DNA from: a virus
Lineage: Duplodnaviria > Caudoviricetes
DNA length: 61,117 bases
Direction: 5' to 3' (one strand)
Virus record (IMG/VR): IMGVR_UViG_3300044878_000080
Span: 1-61,117 of that record
The position numbers and the translations under genes are program-made. The notes under the pieces were generated by a model, which saw nothing but the letters and a program-made list of their open reading frames with translations, was not told the DNA's origin and ran no database searches. Positions 45,501 through 54,986 of this stretch are shown piece by piece (the first letter of the stretch is position 1; each line of letters opens with the position of its first letter).

Positions 45501-47541
45501 CCCCAGCAGCAACGCCAGCGTTGCGAGTGATAGCGGTGCCATTGGCCATAGCCGTAGCCCCGGCAGCAACCTGTCCGCGCGTGGTCATGGCTGCGGTACC
45601 GAGCTGCTGCATGGCAGTCTTGTTGGCGAGCAGGGTGGCTGCGTATTCAGCGGACGCGCCCTTGGCCATGAGCATCGTCTTGGCCAGCTCAGAGACGTTG
45701 CCACGGAGCGTCAGGGCACCAGCGATAGACGCCTTGCCCATGACCTGCTGCAAGCCCACGAGACCGGCAAGCACAAACGCCTGAGCAGCTTTGAACGCAA
45801 GGAACACGCCCGTCACAGCACCCACAGTGAGCAGGGTGTTGATGACTGCTGCAATGGCAGGCTGCTGCTGGAGCAGGCGGTCAAAGCCACTGACCACGTT
45901 CAGTACGGTGTGTGCCATGCCTTCCAGCTTGCCCAGCGAGCCACCGCCGAGACGTGCAGCCAAGTTGCCAAGGGCAGTGCCGACACGCTGAAGCATGGCA
46001 GCGAACGTCTCAAACGTTGCCGCCGTGTTCTCGCTCAGGAAGGTGCCTTCCTTGAAGGCAGACGACGAGTCACCGAGAGCCTGATTGTATACGTCAAGGC
46101 CGTTGGCAAGGCCAAGGATGAACTGCTTGTCAAAGACGTTCTTGGCCCCAATGTCATCGAGCACAGAGGCCACGGACTTGCCTGAGTCAATGGTGCCCTT
46201 GATACCCGTGATGTACTGGTTGAAGAACGCAGACGGGTCCTGCTTGAAGAGGTCAACAGCGGCCTGCCCGGAGACCTTCGTGTACTTGGCGAACTTGTCA
46301 AAGCTGGCCGAGCCTTCGTCAGCAGCGCGGGACAGGTCGAGCATGATGCGCTGGAAGGCACCACGCGCCAGTTCAGGGCGGATACGCACGGACGCGAGCG
46401 CGCCGGAGAGGCCCACGATCTGGTCTGCCGTGAAGCCGAACTGGGCACCGGCAGCAGAAATCTGGTTGGTCACCGCAATGATTTCGGTTTCCGAAGCAGC
46501 CGAGTTGATACCAACCTGAGCAATGGCAGAGCCTACCCGGTTGAAGAAGTCAGGAATTTCACCGTCAGCGTTGAAGCTGTTTTCCAGACGGCCAAAGGAC
46601 GTGGCAGCCTCAGAGGTGGCCACGTTGGTTGCCGCGCCGAACTTGGCCACGGTTTCCGTGAACGCAATCAGTTCGTTGTTCTTGATGCCGAGCTGGCCAC
46701 CGATGGACGCAATGTTGGAGAACTCCCCGAACGTCAACGGAATCTGGGTACCGAGCTGCTGAAGCTGCTGGTATAGGCCAGCGCTCTTCTCTTCCGCAAT
46801 GCCGGTGGTGCGGAGTACCTGAGTGAAGTCCTTCTGGTAGCTTGCGGCAACCATAGTCGTTGCCACCGGGATTGCGAGCAGGGCAGCGGAGAGTACGGTG
46901 TAGGTCTGGGCTACATCGTACAGGAGGTAACGCGAGTTGGAGAGCGAGTCATTGAGGGCAAGGCTAGCGTTGTTCGCGCGCTCTTGTGCGGCGCTCAGAC
47001 GCATGGCAGTCATGGCGGCGCGGTCCTCAGCGGCAGAGCGCTGGGCAATGGCGGCAGCGGTGCGCTGCTCAGCCCCGGTACGGCGTTCCAACTCTGTGCC
47101 AAGGCGGGCCTGAGTCAGGATTCCCTGATTGGCAATGCGGGCGTCATTGGTAGCGTTCTGGCGCGTGGCAGAGCCGAGCGAAGAGGCAGCGGCCCGCCCG
47201 CCCTTGGCCTTGGCGTTGGCCAAGTCCTGCTCAGCCTTGGTAGCCTTGGCGGTTACCTCAATGCCCTTTTGCTTGGTGACGATCTGCTCGCGCTCAAGCT
47301 TGGAAGCAGTGATGAGCGCCTGATCCTTGGCCTTCTGATCGCGGATAGCCGCGCGCTGCGTGTCGTTGAAGACCTTCAGGGACTTGGCTACTTTGTCAAG
47401 GTCACCCTGAGACTGCTGCATGGTGGTGTGCAAATGCGCCAGCGTCTTATCAAGGTCTTTGCTTGCCGTGTCCAAGCTGCGGACGTTCGTAACCGCTTGC
47501 GAGGTGCTGATGACCAGACTTGCGTTGAAGTCGTTCGCCAC
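42592..47541 (-). CDS. Tape measure protein (1649 aa)
   Basis: Longest ORF, Ala-rich helical, follows tail assembly chaperones. Confidence 0.95.
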   Translation of the reverse strand: MANDFNASLVISTSQAVTNVRSLDTASKDLDKTLAHLHTTMQQSQGDLDKVAKSLKVFNDTQRAAIRDQKAKDQALITASKLEREQIVTKQKGIEVTAKATKAEQDLANAKAKGGRAAASSLGSATRQNATNDARIANQGILTQARLGTELERRTGAEQRTAAAIAQRSAAEDRAAMTAMRLSAAQERANNASLALNDSLSNSRYLLYDVAQTYTVLSAALLAIPVATTMVAASYQKDFTQVLRTTGIAEEKSAGLYQQLQQLGTQIPLTFGEFSNIASIGGQLGIKNNELIAFTETVAKFGAATNVATSEAATSFGRLENSFNADGEIPDFFNRVGSAIAQVGINSAASETEIIAVTNQISAAGAQFGFTADQIVGLSGALASVRIRPELARGAFQRIMLDLSRAADEGSASFDKFAKYTKVSGQAAVDLFKQDPSAFFNQYITGIKGTIDSGKSVASVLDDIGAKNVFDKQFILGLANGLDVYNQALGDSSSAFKEGTFLSENTAATFETFAAMLQRVGTALGNLAARLGGGSLGKLEGMAHTVLNVVSGFDRLLQQQPAIAAVINTLLTVGAVTGVFLAFKAAQAFVLAGLVGLQQVMGKASIAGALTLRGNVSELAKTMLMAKGASAEYAATLLANKTAMQQLGTAAMTTRGQVAAGATAMANGTAITRNAGVAAGGFASGLKGASSAMLGLVGGPIGALVLGLGAVITMLVSTKEEADAAGDAIARGIKNGADAGVRAAGESLAQIKVSLTDAIAVGNLDRTLVEVAKDAGVPFEKLAAAATKGRDAGKEVLAVMDEVARNKGFSDFKDLQAGNVGSQNHRGQLDFLVQKVTDIGNASAKTTEGLNATDDAVKKVGGAAGSAAPEAEGLKEGLDGVGAEAEDAATQIGKAVDAIFGLVDAAAGTDSALSSLGEGLAKSTDIGTGTDGGRTNLKNFQDTLKAAAVEQQQLIDSGKQTAEQAAGNYTAFIDGLLQQLASKGVDVAQVQALADQAKGIFGDTFASAQPTITPKVEAGPVLTEVKLTTDALQQFVSANKPTFYMDANTDSATGKTAQLANALVEITGYPYAVVMDALTNPAAEKSNELYALITSITNGTYVAPIGADTSTAITNVQNFSTYARQELANLQTAYNNVLAMSQNAKGFLKGASNDALGKGWDGKGAQTYFGPQADASRAAAPAVQAAAPVAAPAVAQPNFGALNNGYNDAAKAAKGAGDAGKQAGKDMADGVDDAAKAADDYANRLKTGLTSAFDKQYGLTKATDEYHSALNAIKKKRDDELAQIKDLIAKQKELNNARKEDLITARKAGIEKAISQKYGEVDRAADYANQEQTALDAAAAKQVDIDANAKTSASLQAGIGNFKGYSDAAIANREALRGLESKMLDMVAAYAATGASQQEVKAYAQKLTAQFQTDAGQVYRNKAAVKDLTGEMGRYIRVVDGVPRTKPTTVTANTGQASNALSGIASQLSGLRNKEVTVTANFKGHLEKTGNTVANGQPSYRVVRADGTRTNEILFNRGGQVPGFAGGGMVPGQSPSDPRADNKFATVDGKGMIKVRSGEFIVQQPAVDYWGLDFFKNLNNMKMPAFNAGGQVGGRNSGAGSNGPVLVELTAENIAAIQRLPQINLYADSTQLAQSVNDGNQILASQGAN

Positions 47542-47657
47542 TTATTGACCGTCCTATACCATAGTGAGTTGCTAGAGTCAAGTCTATCAGCAACACAAAA
47601 AAGCCCCCGCGTCAACGGAGGCTTTTTTGTGGTGCGAGTTTCTACAAATGAATAGGT

Positions 47658-48098
47658 CTAGCCTACCACAGGTGGCTTGGACTCTTTCAAAGCTTTGGCT
47701 AGCATCTGCTCTTGGAAGTCGCGGCGGCTGGGGAGAGAATCGAAACCCTCTTCAGGAACCGCCTTGACGAACCGGGTTACACCCGGCTTCTCTTCCTTGA
47801 CCTTTTTGTCTTCAGCTTCCTTGTGGGCACACGAGTGGCAAGTATGCTCATCCATTGCAAAGGCAATGGTACTGTCTTCCGAGAATGCGTACCATGCTGG
47901 CACACCGCACTTGCCACACTTCTCAGCCTCAAACGTTTCATAGGCTGTGGCCAGAACGTAGTCTGCCCAGTGGGGCTTGTCACGTTTCTTATGATCGCCA
48001 AGGATCATTCGTGCTGGTGACCAGCCCCACTCTTTAGCCGTCTTGATTACTCGGAGGTAACCTGACTGTCCGGGGCGTCCGAGGACTTCGACAAAAAA
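47658..48098 (-). CDS. Tail assembly chaperone, -1 frameshift extension (gpGT-like)
   Basis: T-TTT-TTG slippery heptamer at 48092-48098; the -1 frame reads on into the 47658-48008 ORF. Confidence 0.8.
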   Translation of the reverse strand, partial: FFVEVLGRPGQSGYLRVIKTAKEWGWSPARMILGDHKKRDKPHWADYVLATAYETFEAEKCGKCGVPAWYAFSEDSTIAFAMDEHTCHSCAHKEAEDKKVKEEKPGVTRFVKAVPEEGFDSLPSRRDFQEQMLAKALKESKPPVVG

Positions 48099-48739
48099 TC
48101 AGCGTCCTGAAGCGCGACGTTCTGGAACAGAGTGTGAGCAAAGGTCAGGTTCTCAATGGCAGACTTGAGCTTCATGAACTCAGTTTCCAAGAGCACATCG
48201 AACAAGGCTTCAGCAGTCTCGGGGGTAACCGCGCTGTTGTCCTCGACGCCTTCAGCGTTGGTGATCTTGACGGTACCCTTGGCAATCAGTTCGTTGTTGA
48301 CGTACTGGTTGCGCTCAAGCTGGGCCTCAAACTGGTCTTCTTCAGACTTGGTGTTGGGCTTGATCTTGCGGCGGGCTTCCTTGTCGATCAGACGCCACAC
48401 GGCGGGGGCCACGCCACGCATGGTGAAGGTCAGGGCAGAGGCAGAGATTTCCTTGATGAGGGCAGCTTCCTGAACCTTCAGGTCTGCAATCTCAGCGTCA
48501 ACCTCTGCCTTCTCCGGGTCATCAACCATGGACCCCTGAGCCTGTGCGGAGAGGCCTTTAGCCTTGTGCTCAAGCTCAGAGATTTCGTCAAGGATGACGT
48601 TCAGCTCGTGGGCCTTGTGGCCGTCAAGGTAGACAGTCACGTCTTCCGTGGGGTACGATACCTTTGAAAGCGCGGAGCGGAGGTCAAACTTCTCAACGCT
48701 CTTGAGGTCTTCAACAATTGCTTCGGGGGTCTGAGTCAA
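48047..48739 (-). CDS. Tail assembly chaperone (gpG-like)
   Basis: Between major tail and tape measure genes; frameshift site near the 3' end. Confidence 0.85.
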   Translation of the reverse strand: MTQTPEAIVEDLKSVEKFDLRSALSKVSYPTEDVTVYLDGHKAHELNVILDEISELEHKAKGLSAQAQGSMVDDPEKAEVDAEIADLKVQEAALIKEISASALTFTMRGVAPAVWRLIDKEARRKIKPNTKSEEDQFEAQLERNQYVNNELIAKGTVKITNAEGVEDNSAVTPETAEALFDVLLETEFMKLKSAIENLTFAHTLFQNVALQDADFLSKSSDAPDSQVTSE

Positions 48740-48818
48740 AACGGTTCGTCTCCTGAAAATAAGAAAGGGCGTAGCCTTTATGGCTACGCCCTATCCTATC
48801 AGACTGGGTTTGTCAAAC

Positions 48819-49316
48819 TTAGACTAGCGCCTTGTTGAGGGCCATTTTTCCCGTGGGCTTGAAGGGCACAGTCGTCTGGATCGGAGAACCGCCGTCGCCT
48901 TCAACTACCTGATGGTAGTCAGAGACAACACCGTAGACAGAGACAAGCTGCGTGACTGCCGGGGCAACGGTGGACTTGTAACCCTGACGGGAAACAAGCC
49001 AGCCCTCGGTACGGCCAGCCGTGAACAGGTCATTGGCCGTGGTGAACACGGTGGACGCATCCCCAATGCCGTCGCGGAAGAAGGACAGGGAAGCTTCGTA
49101 GTTGCCAAAGGTCGGCGTCGAAACGTTACCTTCGTCAACGATAGTCTTGCTGTCATCCGTGTCAGAGTCAGTCGCGGCCAGCGTGTAGCCGGTCACGATA
49201 GCAGCAGACAGGTTGATGCCAGCGGTAATTTCAGCCACCGTAGGGGCTGCGTAGTTGGCGATTCCGGCAGACGGAACCCACCAGATAGTCGTGTTAGGAC
49301 TCATCATTTTAGCCAT
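48819..49316 (-). CDS. Major tail (tube) protein, copy 2
   Basis: Paralogue of 49332-49829. Confidence 0.85.
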   Translation of the reverse strand: MAKMMSPNTTIWWVPSAGIANYAAPTVAEITAGINLSAAIVTGYTLAATDSDTDDSKTIVDEGNVSTPTFGNYEASLSFFRDGIGDASTVFTTANDLFTAGRTEGWLVSRQGYKSTVAPAVTQLVSVYGVVSDYHQVVEGDGGSPIQTTVPFKPTGKMALNKALV

Positions 49317-49331
49317 TACTCAGTGGCCTCC

Positions 49332-49829
49332 TTACGCTACGAGAGTCTTGTGAAGGGCCATTTTGCCCTGCGGGAGGAACGGGACCGTGTACTCAACCGG
49401 GCCACCATCCTGTACAGCATCCTGCGGGTTGTCCGCAATGAACTTGTACGAGGAAACCTTCTGACCAGCGGCGGCAGCAACGGTGGACAGGTAGCCCACC
49501 CGACGCACGAGGTAGCCGGAAGCCTTGCCGTCCTTGAAGAACGCGAAAGCCTTGGCAAAATCAGACGTGGTTGCCGCAACGTCAGCATCACGGAAGAAGG
49601 TCAAGTTGCCTTCGTAGTTGTAGAACGTCGGCACACCCGCGTTGGCACCGTCGCAAATGCTGGTGCTGTCATCGGTATCCGAGTCAGTAGCATTCAACGT
49701 GTAGCCCGAGACAATGGCGCAAGAGATGTTTGCGGCGTTGGTCAGCAGAGCGGCAGACGGAGAATCGGGGTTGTAACCCGCGTCAGCAACCCACCAGATC
49801 GTGGTGTTGGGACTCATCATTTTTGCCAT
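49332..49829 (-). CDS. Major tail (tube) protein, copy 1
   Basis: Position after tail terminator; same first 14 aa as copy 2. Confidence 0.85.
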   Translation of the reverse strand: MAKMMSPNTTIWWVADAGYNPDSPSAALLTNAANISCAIVSGYTLNATDSDTDDSTSICDGANAGVPTFYNYEGNLTFFRDADVAATTSDFAKAFAFFKDGKASGYLVRRVGYLSTVAAAAGQKVSSYKFIADNPQDAVQDGGPVEYTVPFLPQGKMALHKTLVA

Positions 49830-50068
49830 TACGCGGTACCACCTTCAGTAGAGGCGCTGGCCTTGGATGCGGGAGCGGCAGGCTCAACAGGGATTTCTCC
49901 ACCCTTGAGAGGCGCACCGTAAATTTCGGTTTCCAGCTTGTTGTGTGCAATCTTGATCTGACGTTCCGTAGCCACTTCAAGCGCGGGAATCATGTCAATC
50001 AAATGGACAGGTACTTCAGAGATAATGCCGGTTACTTTGTGAACAGCCATTACAGTATCTTCAGCCAA
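49829..50068 (-). CDS. Small hypothetical virion-module protein
   Basis: AAAGGAG RBS, TTG start. Confidence 0.7.
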   Translation of the reverse strand: MAEDTVMAVHKVTGIISEVPVHLIDMIPALEVATERQIKIAHNKLETEIYGAPLKGGEIPVEPAAPASKASASTEGGTA

Positions 50069-50117
50069 TTGTCAACTCCTTTTTCATCTATTTACAGTTT
50101 AGCAGATACGTGATAAG

Positions 50118-50564
50118 CTACGCCGTTGCAGTCGTGTAGGGAGAGTTCACCAACAGGCGTAGTGCCTGTACGCTCGCGTAGCGCGTGGGGTTGCCCAGCG
50201 AGGACACCTGCCCTGTGCCACCGAACAAGGCAGTGTTGATTTCGCTACAGTCGGTAGGCACAAAGCCCACCAGTTTGTCAAGCGCGAGCTGAAGAGCCTT
50301 GCGTGAGGTCCGGTCAGTGTTGGCCACAGCCCGAACAACGAACGTGGTGTCTTGGCTGTCCTGCTTGGCTCCGGTGATCCCGTTGACGCGCTTGCGAGGA
50401 TCAATCAGACCACCGTAGGAAACCGTGATGAACGGCTTGATCTGGTTGGAGTCAGCCACGAGAGCAGCGAAAGCCTCATCACTCATCTGACCTTCGTACA
50501 GGTCAACGTTGGGGATGGTCTTTAGCTGAGCAGTAATCTCATCCTGTACGTCTAGGTAGCTCAC
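50118..50564 (-). CDS. Tail terminator protein
   Basis: Synteny and size. Confidence 0.7.
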   Translation of the reverse strand: MSYLDVQDEITAQLKTIPNVDLYEGQMSDEAFAALVADSNQIKPFITVSYGGLIDPRKRVNGITGAKQDSQDTTFVVRAVANTDRTSRKALQLALDKLVGFVPTDCSEINTALFGGTGQVSSLGNPTRYASVQALRLLVNSPYTTATA

Positions 50565-50965
50565 TTGATTCCCTCATCGTGTAGGTAGTTCGACACTGCC
50601 ACGTAAGAGTTGGTCAGCGCGTGCATCGGTGTGATGGTCTTCCCGAGGAAGAAGCCACCGTACTCTTGCGTCTTGAAGTATTTCTTTTTCGTGTCCACCC
50701 AGCCCCACTTGACAGTGATCCGGTTGCCCGTCTGGTGAACGTCAGAGGTGTACGCATTGAACATGGCACCAGTCCAGTAACGGTCAGGCTTGCCCTCGCG
50801 CAAAGATGAGGGCGTGGTCATGATCGTGTTCTGGCCGACGTTCTTTGCGAGGAACGCTGACTTGAGAGCTACGTCCTGTGCGTGCGCCTGAGTCTGTCGT
50901 AGCGCACCCTTGCTAAATCCGAGCAGGGCGTTGCGCAGCGCCACCCGCCCTTCAACGCCCGCCAC
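50561..50965 (-). CDS. Neck/tail-completion protein (HK97 gp10-like)
   Basis: TGAM...YFKTQEYG...PMHAL; synteny. Confidence 0.65.
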   Translation of the reverse strand: MAGVEGRVALRNALLGFSKGALRQTQAHAQDVALKSAFLAKNVGQNTIMTTPSSLREGKPDRYWTGAMFNAYTSDVHQTGNRITVKWGWVDTKKKYFKTQEYGGFFLGKTITPMHALTNSYVAVSNYLHDEGIK

Positions 50966-50966
50966 C

Positions 50967-51401
50967 CTAGCGCTGCTTCATGTTGGTCTGTGCTGTGAGC
51001 ACACGCTGCCAAGCATTGCTGCTGGATTCCTCACCGTGGACGTAGTAGTACGTCCCAACCTTCTCCGGGTCAGAGTGGTTCTGAAGCACGTAAATGCGGT
51101 CATTGACCTGCACGTCGTAGGCCTTGGGAGTTAGCTCATTTGTGTCAAATCCCAGAGTGACCTGCATACGCTGGAACTTGGCCGAGTCCTCAATGAAGTC
51201 ACGGTTGGTCGGAAAGGCAATGTTCTGAATCTGTGCGCTGCCCCGGTAGATCGGAGTGGCTGTGTCGCCGTCCACCTCGCCCGTGTCAAAGTTGTACTCG
51301 CCCGTGGCGGTCACCCGCTCAATGAGCACACGGGCCAGAGCACCGGAGTTGGCTGCTGGCCGGTGGTGGAAAATCCACTTGGGATGAAAGATGCCGCTCA
51401 C
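50967..51401 (-). CDS. Head-to-tail stopper
   Basis: Synteny; IYRGSAQIQ. Confidence 0.7.
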   Translation of the reverse strand: MSGIFHPKWIFHHRPAANSGALARVLIERVTATGEYNFDTGEVDGDTATPIYRGSAQIQNIAFPTNRDFIEDSAKFQRMQVTLGFDTNELTPKAYDVQVNDRIYVLQNHSDPEKVGTYYYVHGEESSSNAWQRVLTAQTNMKQR

Positions 51402-51802
51402 CGGATAGTCCAGTTGGGGTAGAAGTTCTGGAAGTTGACAACCTCAAAGGCATCGGCATAGCCAGCCTCTTCGTCAAGGCCACGCTGAGTTGCCCGGTAT
51501 TCCTTGGCTAGGTCATTGAGCCTCTGTGCCACAGCAGGGCCGTCAGTCTGAAGCCCACCCTCAGTACGAATCTTTTTGGACACGAGCGCTTCGTTAGCCG
51601 CCAGTGCGATAAGTGCATCCGAGGCAGCACCGTAGAGCTTGTCGCTGTTGATTGCAAGGTAGGCAGAGAGCTGGTCATCCGGCACAAGGTAGTCAGCCGG
51701 GAGGTCAGGGTTGGCAGGATCAACGTACCGCTCCGTCTGGAACAGGAGCGCGCGGAGTTGTCCCAGAGGGGTTTCATACTGCGGAGGGAAGATGTTAGCC
51801 AT
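51398..51802 (-). CDS. Head-to-tail adaptor
   Basis: GQLRALL...YGAASDAL; synteny. Confidence 0.75.
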   Translation of the reverse strand: MANIFPPQYETPLGQLRALLFQTERYVDPANPDLPADYLVPDDQLSAYLAINSDKLYGAASDALIALAANEALVSKKIRTEGGLQTDGPAVAQRLNDLAKEYRATQRGLDEEAGYADAFEVVNFQNFYPNWTIR

Positions 51803-51944
51803 ATACACCATTCTACCCCAGAAGTCAAATCTACTAAATCGCTACACTCCTGTAGATTTCAGTAGATTTCAGAGGGCAAAGCAAAGCCCCCGTGGGAGAG
51901 AGGTCACGGGGGCTTTGCTTCAGCGGAGTATTCTCTAGAAACGC

Positions 51945-52184
51945 CTAGATAGAGTCTACCACAGTCTGCTTAGTGGGGCCAGAGTACCAGAGCGTCTTAC
52001 GGAGAGCCTTTAGCTCATCCTCGCGCTGCTGGGTGCTCCTGCCCCAATAGTAATAGGCGACAGCCAGCAGTATGCCCCAGAGTGTGCTCATGAGAGGAAA
52101 CTTGAGCCAGAACTGAGCGACAGCTACGATGACGGAAAGCAAGAGGAAGATGTTGCACTTGACCATGTAAGAGATATTTTTCAT
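51945..52184 (-). CDS. Moron-like two-TM membrane protein
   Basis: Between two terminators, with leaderless TAGGGT-N6-ATG. Confidence 0.7.
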   Translation of the reverse strand: MKNISYMVKCNIFLLLSVIVAVAQFWLKFPLMSTLWGILLAVAYYYWGRSTQQREDELKALRKTLWYSGPTKQTVVDSI

Positions 52185-52251
52185 ACGCTCACCCTAACAC
52201 AAGAGGAAAGCCCCCCAGCCTTGTAAGGCTAGGGGGCTTCTCTGTTAGTCG

Positions 52252-53394
52252 TTAGACAGTCGGCTGGGTGCTGGGTGCAGCACCTTCTGCGCCGGTAGAG
52301 GCAAAGAGCGCCTGCGGGTACAGGTAAGCTCCGGTCACTACGTGACGGACGCGGTACTCAACGTCGTCATTCAGCAGCGAGCCTTCCAGAGAAGGGACAG
52401 AGCCACCGCCGAGGTACAGGCCGGTGTTACCGGACTGACGGAACTCAGGGGCTTCGTGACCGTTGAGGAAGCCAACGATGATGGTAGAGCGGGTACCGTC
52501 CGTGCCGTTCAGCGGGACAAGGTACCAAGTCTTAGCAGCGTTCGCGGACTTGTCAACCTTGGTCAGCCAGTCATTGACCACGAGGGTAATGTCACTGGTG
52601 TTGGCCTGAGTGACGTACTTCAGGTTGCCCTGAGTAACCTCAAGCGAGGACAGGTTGAGGATGCGCTTGGCCTGATCCTCCATCGTGGACGGAACCACGA
52701 GTGCCCAGCGGGTGACGGACAGGTAGTTGCCATTGACCTTGCGGTTCTTGACCTCAACCTTGGCCAGCTCAAGAGCGTCCAGCGACAGCAGGTAGTTGTG
52801 GCTGGAAACGTTACCGTTCGGAGCGTTGAACGTACCAGCGTTCGGGCCGGTAGCCGAGGTCAGGACGCCAACGGCTTCCAGCTCTTCGGTGTTCTTGGCG
52901 AACTTGGCGAGCTGACCCGGCAGGCTCTGGATGAAGGACCATTCATCATTGATGACGGCTTCCCAAGAGAACGGCACACGTGCACCGTGCTTGTTGATCT
53001 TAACCTGATTCGCGCCCGTGGTGAAACGGAAGCTGGGGTACTCGGTCAGTTCAGGGACAACCGGCAGGGACTCAGGCGCGGTAACAAAGCCGCCGTTGTC
53101 GTCCAGTCGAACGGTGTCCTCAAAGTTGAACTCGCGGAACGTGGTGACGTTGAAGTTCTGGAACTTCTCGCGCTTGGCGAACTGGGTCCAAGTGGACGGC
53201 AGTTCGGCGTACTGCTTCGTGACGGCAGCGCGGGTGACGAAGTTGAACGTCTTGGCGAGGTCGGAGGTGGACAGCGCTTCTACAAGCTGGTCGCCCTTGG
53301 CAACAGCCTTGATGAGGCCCTGTGCGCGGTAATCGCCGTTGACAGCATCCCCGAGGATGTTGGCGGCTTCTTCCATCTGCTTAGTGAAAATCAT
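52252..53394 (-). CDS. Major capsid protein
   Basis: 380 aa, strong codon bias, SWEAVINDE, YRVRH; followed by a terminator. Confidence 0.9.
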   Translation of the reverse strand: MIFTKQMEEAANILGDAVNGDYRAQGLIKAVAKGDQLVEALSTSDLAKTFNFVTRAAVTKQYAELPSTWTQFAKREKFQNFNVTTFREFNFEDTVRLDDNGGFVTAPESLPVVPELTEYPSFRFTTGANQVKINKHGARVPFSWEAVINDEWSFIQSLPGQLAKFAKNTEELEAVGVLTSATGPNAGTFNAPNGNVSSHNYLLSLDALELAKVEVKNRKVNGNYLSVTRWALVVPSTMEDQAKRILNLSSLEVTQGNLKYVTQANTSDITLVVNDWLTKVDKSANAAKTWYLVPLNGTDGTRSTIIVGFLNGHEAPEFRQSGNTGLYLGGGSVPSLEGSLLNDDVEYRVRHVVTGAYLYPQALFASTGAEGAAPSTQPTV

Positions 53395-53408
53395 TACTCT
53401 ATAGCCCC

Positions 53409-53807
53409 TTATGCGCTAGCGGTGATCTGACCCGGCTGAAGCAGCTTGACAACGGCGGGGCCAGTGCCCGTGCCCTTTGCCCGGATCGCTGCGCCGAACA
53501 GGAAGTTACCCGTGGCGGTCGCCGTGAGGGTGTTGTCGGACTTGATGAAGACAGCCTGACCCACGGTAAGAGCGCCAGCAACGTCCAGTTCCCAGACCTT
53601 GCCGAGAGCGACGGAGGCGAAGTTGTCCTTGTTGCCAATACCGCCAGTCTGCTGAGTGATGCCGTTGACAACGACGGTCGTGCCGCCTTCGTCGGTCTCA
53701 GCAACGGCGTTCAGGATGCCAATGCGGAGGGGCTTGCCGGAGGTCGTGCCGTCCGGTACGGGCAGGGAAAGCGCAATGCCTTCCCGGAAAACTTCATTGA
53801 GCGCCAC
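53409..53807 (-). CDS. Capsid decoration/cement protein (DUF2190-like)
   Basis: SGKPLRIG, VGQAVFI; directly upstream of the capsid gene. Confidence 0.75.
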   Translation of the reverse strand: MALNEVFREGIALSLPVPDGTTSGKPLRIGILNAVAETDEGGTTVVVNGITQQTGGIGNKDNFASVALGKVWELDVAGALTVGQAVFIKSDNTLTATATGNFLFGAAIRAKGTGTGPAVVKLLQPGQITASA

Positions 53808-53953
53808 TACGGGAACTTCCTTTCAAGAATTTTCGTCTTGTACCATAATAACAGATGAGTGTCAAGTGGTACCTGATACAAAGTTTGAGGGCACATTGTG
53901 ACTGCTTCTCAGCGTTACCCCGTGTGCCGACGGGAGATAGGATCACCTCCTAT

Positions 53954-54898
53954 TTAGCCAAAGATGCGGGCAGTCGCCTTGCTGGTGCGCTCAGATTCGT
54001 TGAGCTGTTTGCCGTCCTCAAAATGACCGCCACCGTTGCCGCCAGCGGACTCAAGGATTTCAGCGGCAATCTCTGCCTCTTCCCTGATGGACTCAGCGAG
54101 GTCAGCGCCAGCAGCGACAGCCTTGAGCACACGGGCACGAGCCTTCGGGGCAAGGTCAGCTTCAACCAGAGCCTCTGCAATCTCAGCAGCGGACGGAGCC
54201 TTGGCCTTGCCAGCCTCTTCTGCCTCTACGCGAGCGGCCTCAGCGAGGTCAGCAGCCTTGGTGGCCTCAGCCTCTTCCTTGGCGGCGAGAGCTTCAACGA
54301 GTGCGTTTACTGCCTTGATCTGGGTGTCCAGAGCTTCAGCAAGTTCCTTGGGGAATTCCAATTCAGTTTCCTCTTTCGATTCTTCCGCTTCTGCGGAGTT
54401 TTCTGGGGTGTGCGCTGATTCCAGCACTTCGACAAACTTGCCACCGGCACCAGCCTGAGTAACAACGTCAACGCTGTGGACAGAGGTGAATTTCTTCAGC
54501 TCCATACCGTTAGCGCCTTCGGTCATCTCACCTGTTGCCCGGATAGACATACCAATGACTCCTGCTTCGGCAAGCTGCTTTAGCTTGGCCTGCTCAGATT
54601 CAATGAACTCAGCGTTGGCGTACAGGTCTTTGCCGTCGTAGGTGGCGTCTTCGGAGAGCCAGCCGATAATGTCTTCGATCTTGCGTTCCGGCTGCTCCCA
54701 CTTGGCGCTCTCTGACGGGTGATTGCGGAAGATACGGACACCCTTGGAGAACAGGTGCTTACCGGACTCAAGTGCTTCCTTGGGGTAGTAGGCAGAAGAA
54801 CCCTGCCGGTCACCCTCAATGATCTTGATTTTCCACGTCTTGCCAGTCAGAGCGTTCGGTGCTAGCGCGGAAGCTTCGGAAAGCTTTGCAATAGTCAA
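53954..54898 (-). CDS. Capsid maturation protease with scaffold C-terminus
   Basis: NH, GMSI, SVDVVTQAGAGG; Ala/Glu-rich C-terminus. Confidence 0.85.
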   Translation of the reverse strand: MTIAKLSEASALAPNALTGKTWKIKIIEGDRQGSSAYYPKEALESGKHLFSKGVRIFRNHPSESAKWEQPERKIEDIIGWLSEDATYDGKDLYANAEFIESEQAKLKQLAEAGVIGMSIRATGEMTEGANGMELKKFTSVHSVDVVTQAGAGGKFVEVLESAHTPENSAEAEESKEETELEFPKELAEALDTQIKAVNALVEALAAKEEAEATKAADLAEAARVEAEEAGKAKAPSAAEIAEALVEADLAPKARARVLKAVAAGADLAESIREEAEIAAEILESAGGNGGGHFEDGKQLNESERTSKATARIFG

Positions 54899-54986
54899 TT
54901 TGTCACGCTCCTATCTGTTGACAATTTTAGCACGACATGGTAATAGGTATAGAAAAGCCCCCTCTAGCACAGAGGGGGCTTTTCGA

